Shown one piece after another: positions 63,252-64,000 of a stretch of DNA of 64,000 bases. The translations under genes and the position numbers were made by a program. Below the pieces are notes generated by a model that was given only the letters and a program-made list of their open reading frames with translations, was not told the origin of the DNA and searched no databases. Every line of letters starts with the position of its first letter. Position 1 is the stretch's first letter. Origin of the DNA: Enoplolaimus lenunculus (Eukaryota); assembly GCA_030248215.1 (NCBI GenBank), contig JASANG010003711.1, positions 62,001 to 126,000 of the forward strand. Direction: 5' to 3'.

Positions 63252-63899
63252 CCAGCAAATCATCGTCGCACTCCGCGTGTCTATTATCTACTTCTTTGTC
63301 ATCCCAAACGTCATCTTCCGGCGTCTCTACATTCGTCATTTGTAACCCACGGTCACTGTTGATATCATCATCATCATCATCATCATAACAAACGTCGCCA
63401 GTGTCATTCTTTTGGCACTCATCCCAATTATCTTCAATCAATGACGAACTTCCACTACTCAACGTACTTTGGCCATGATCTAATCCTGCCTGCTGAAGCT
63501 TATCATGAGGCGTTGTAAACGACAACCGATCACCGCCAGCAGTCTGTTGTTCAGCTTCAACTGCGTCTAAAATATTGTCAATTTCTCGTGTTCGAACCAA
63601 AGGATTGCTAGCGCGCTGTTGTGTATCGACGATACTTTTAGAAAACTTTTCGGATGCACCTGTCCCAGTTGCAGTTGAACAGCGTTTTAGTACGGATTTT
63701 GTTTGTTTTCCAGGTTCGACTTGTAAAGTATCGTGGCCGACCGCTATATTTTGTCGTTCGTCAGTACACAAATGTGGAGCAACATCAGTTGCGGACGGTC
63801 CGGCAGGTGACAAACAGGATGGGATTTTGCTGGATTCGGATACAATTGAGCACGATTGGTCATCAAAGTGGCGTAGCGCGTACGTCTCGGGCTGGCCAT
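63252..63899 (-). CDS. unc-44: Ankyrin-locus exon (DGQPETYALRH...DDDLL), most 5' exon in the window
   Basis: Acceptor ttgtttttgtcgtAG (CT 63900-63901); donor CTG G|GTGAGC (AC 63250-63251); 648 nt, phase 1-1; acidic. Confidence 0.72.
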
Positions 63900-64000
63900 C
63901 TACGACAAAAACAAACAAACTAAGCATAGTAACGGTGAAAAATTCGGAAAAAAGAAACAACAAACACTACGGCAATATAAATATTGTCCAGGAAATTAAC

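Overview
This is AT-rich eukaryotic DNA with long introns and many transposon remnants. It is most likely from a nematode or related worm, inferred from TTTCAG/TTTTAG-type acceptors and abundant degenerate TTAGGC, the nematode telomeric hexamer. The + strand carries the last coding exon of a GATA1/2/3-class (ELT-1-like) transcription factor (1283-2197). The - strand carries the 3' part of a large gene that I infer is a giant ankyrin (UNC-44-like), based on an ankyrin C-terminal motif at ~41430-41500; the ANK/ZU5/death domains would lie outside the window. It has eight internal exons that all start and end in phase 1, plus a ~5.7-kb terminal exon (17135-22803). An orphan basic exon, also with a phase-1 acceptor, lies at 7031-7956. 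Introns hold several non-autonomous DNA-transposon (MITE) families. The most notable structures are a 33-bp x ~29 minisatellite grown from an internal segment of one MITE copy, MITEs filled with telomere-type repeats, a TTAA-flanked element carrying a tRNA-like Pol III cassette, an inverted triplication with fold-back junctions, and a higher-order satellite. There is no CRISPR array or prokaryotic system. All exon boundaries are manual predictions from splice signals and reading frame, with no transcript evidence.
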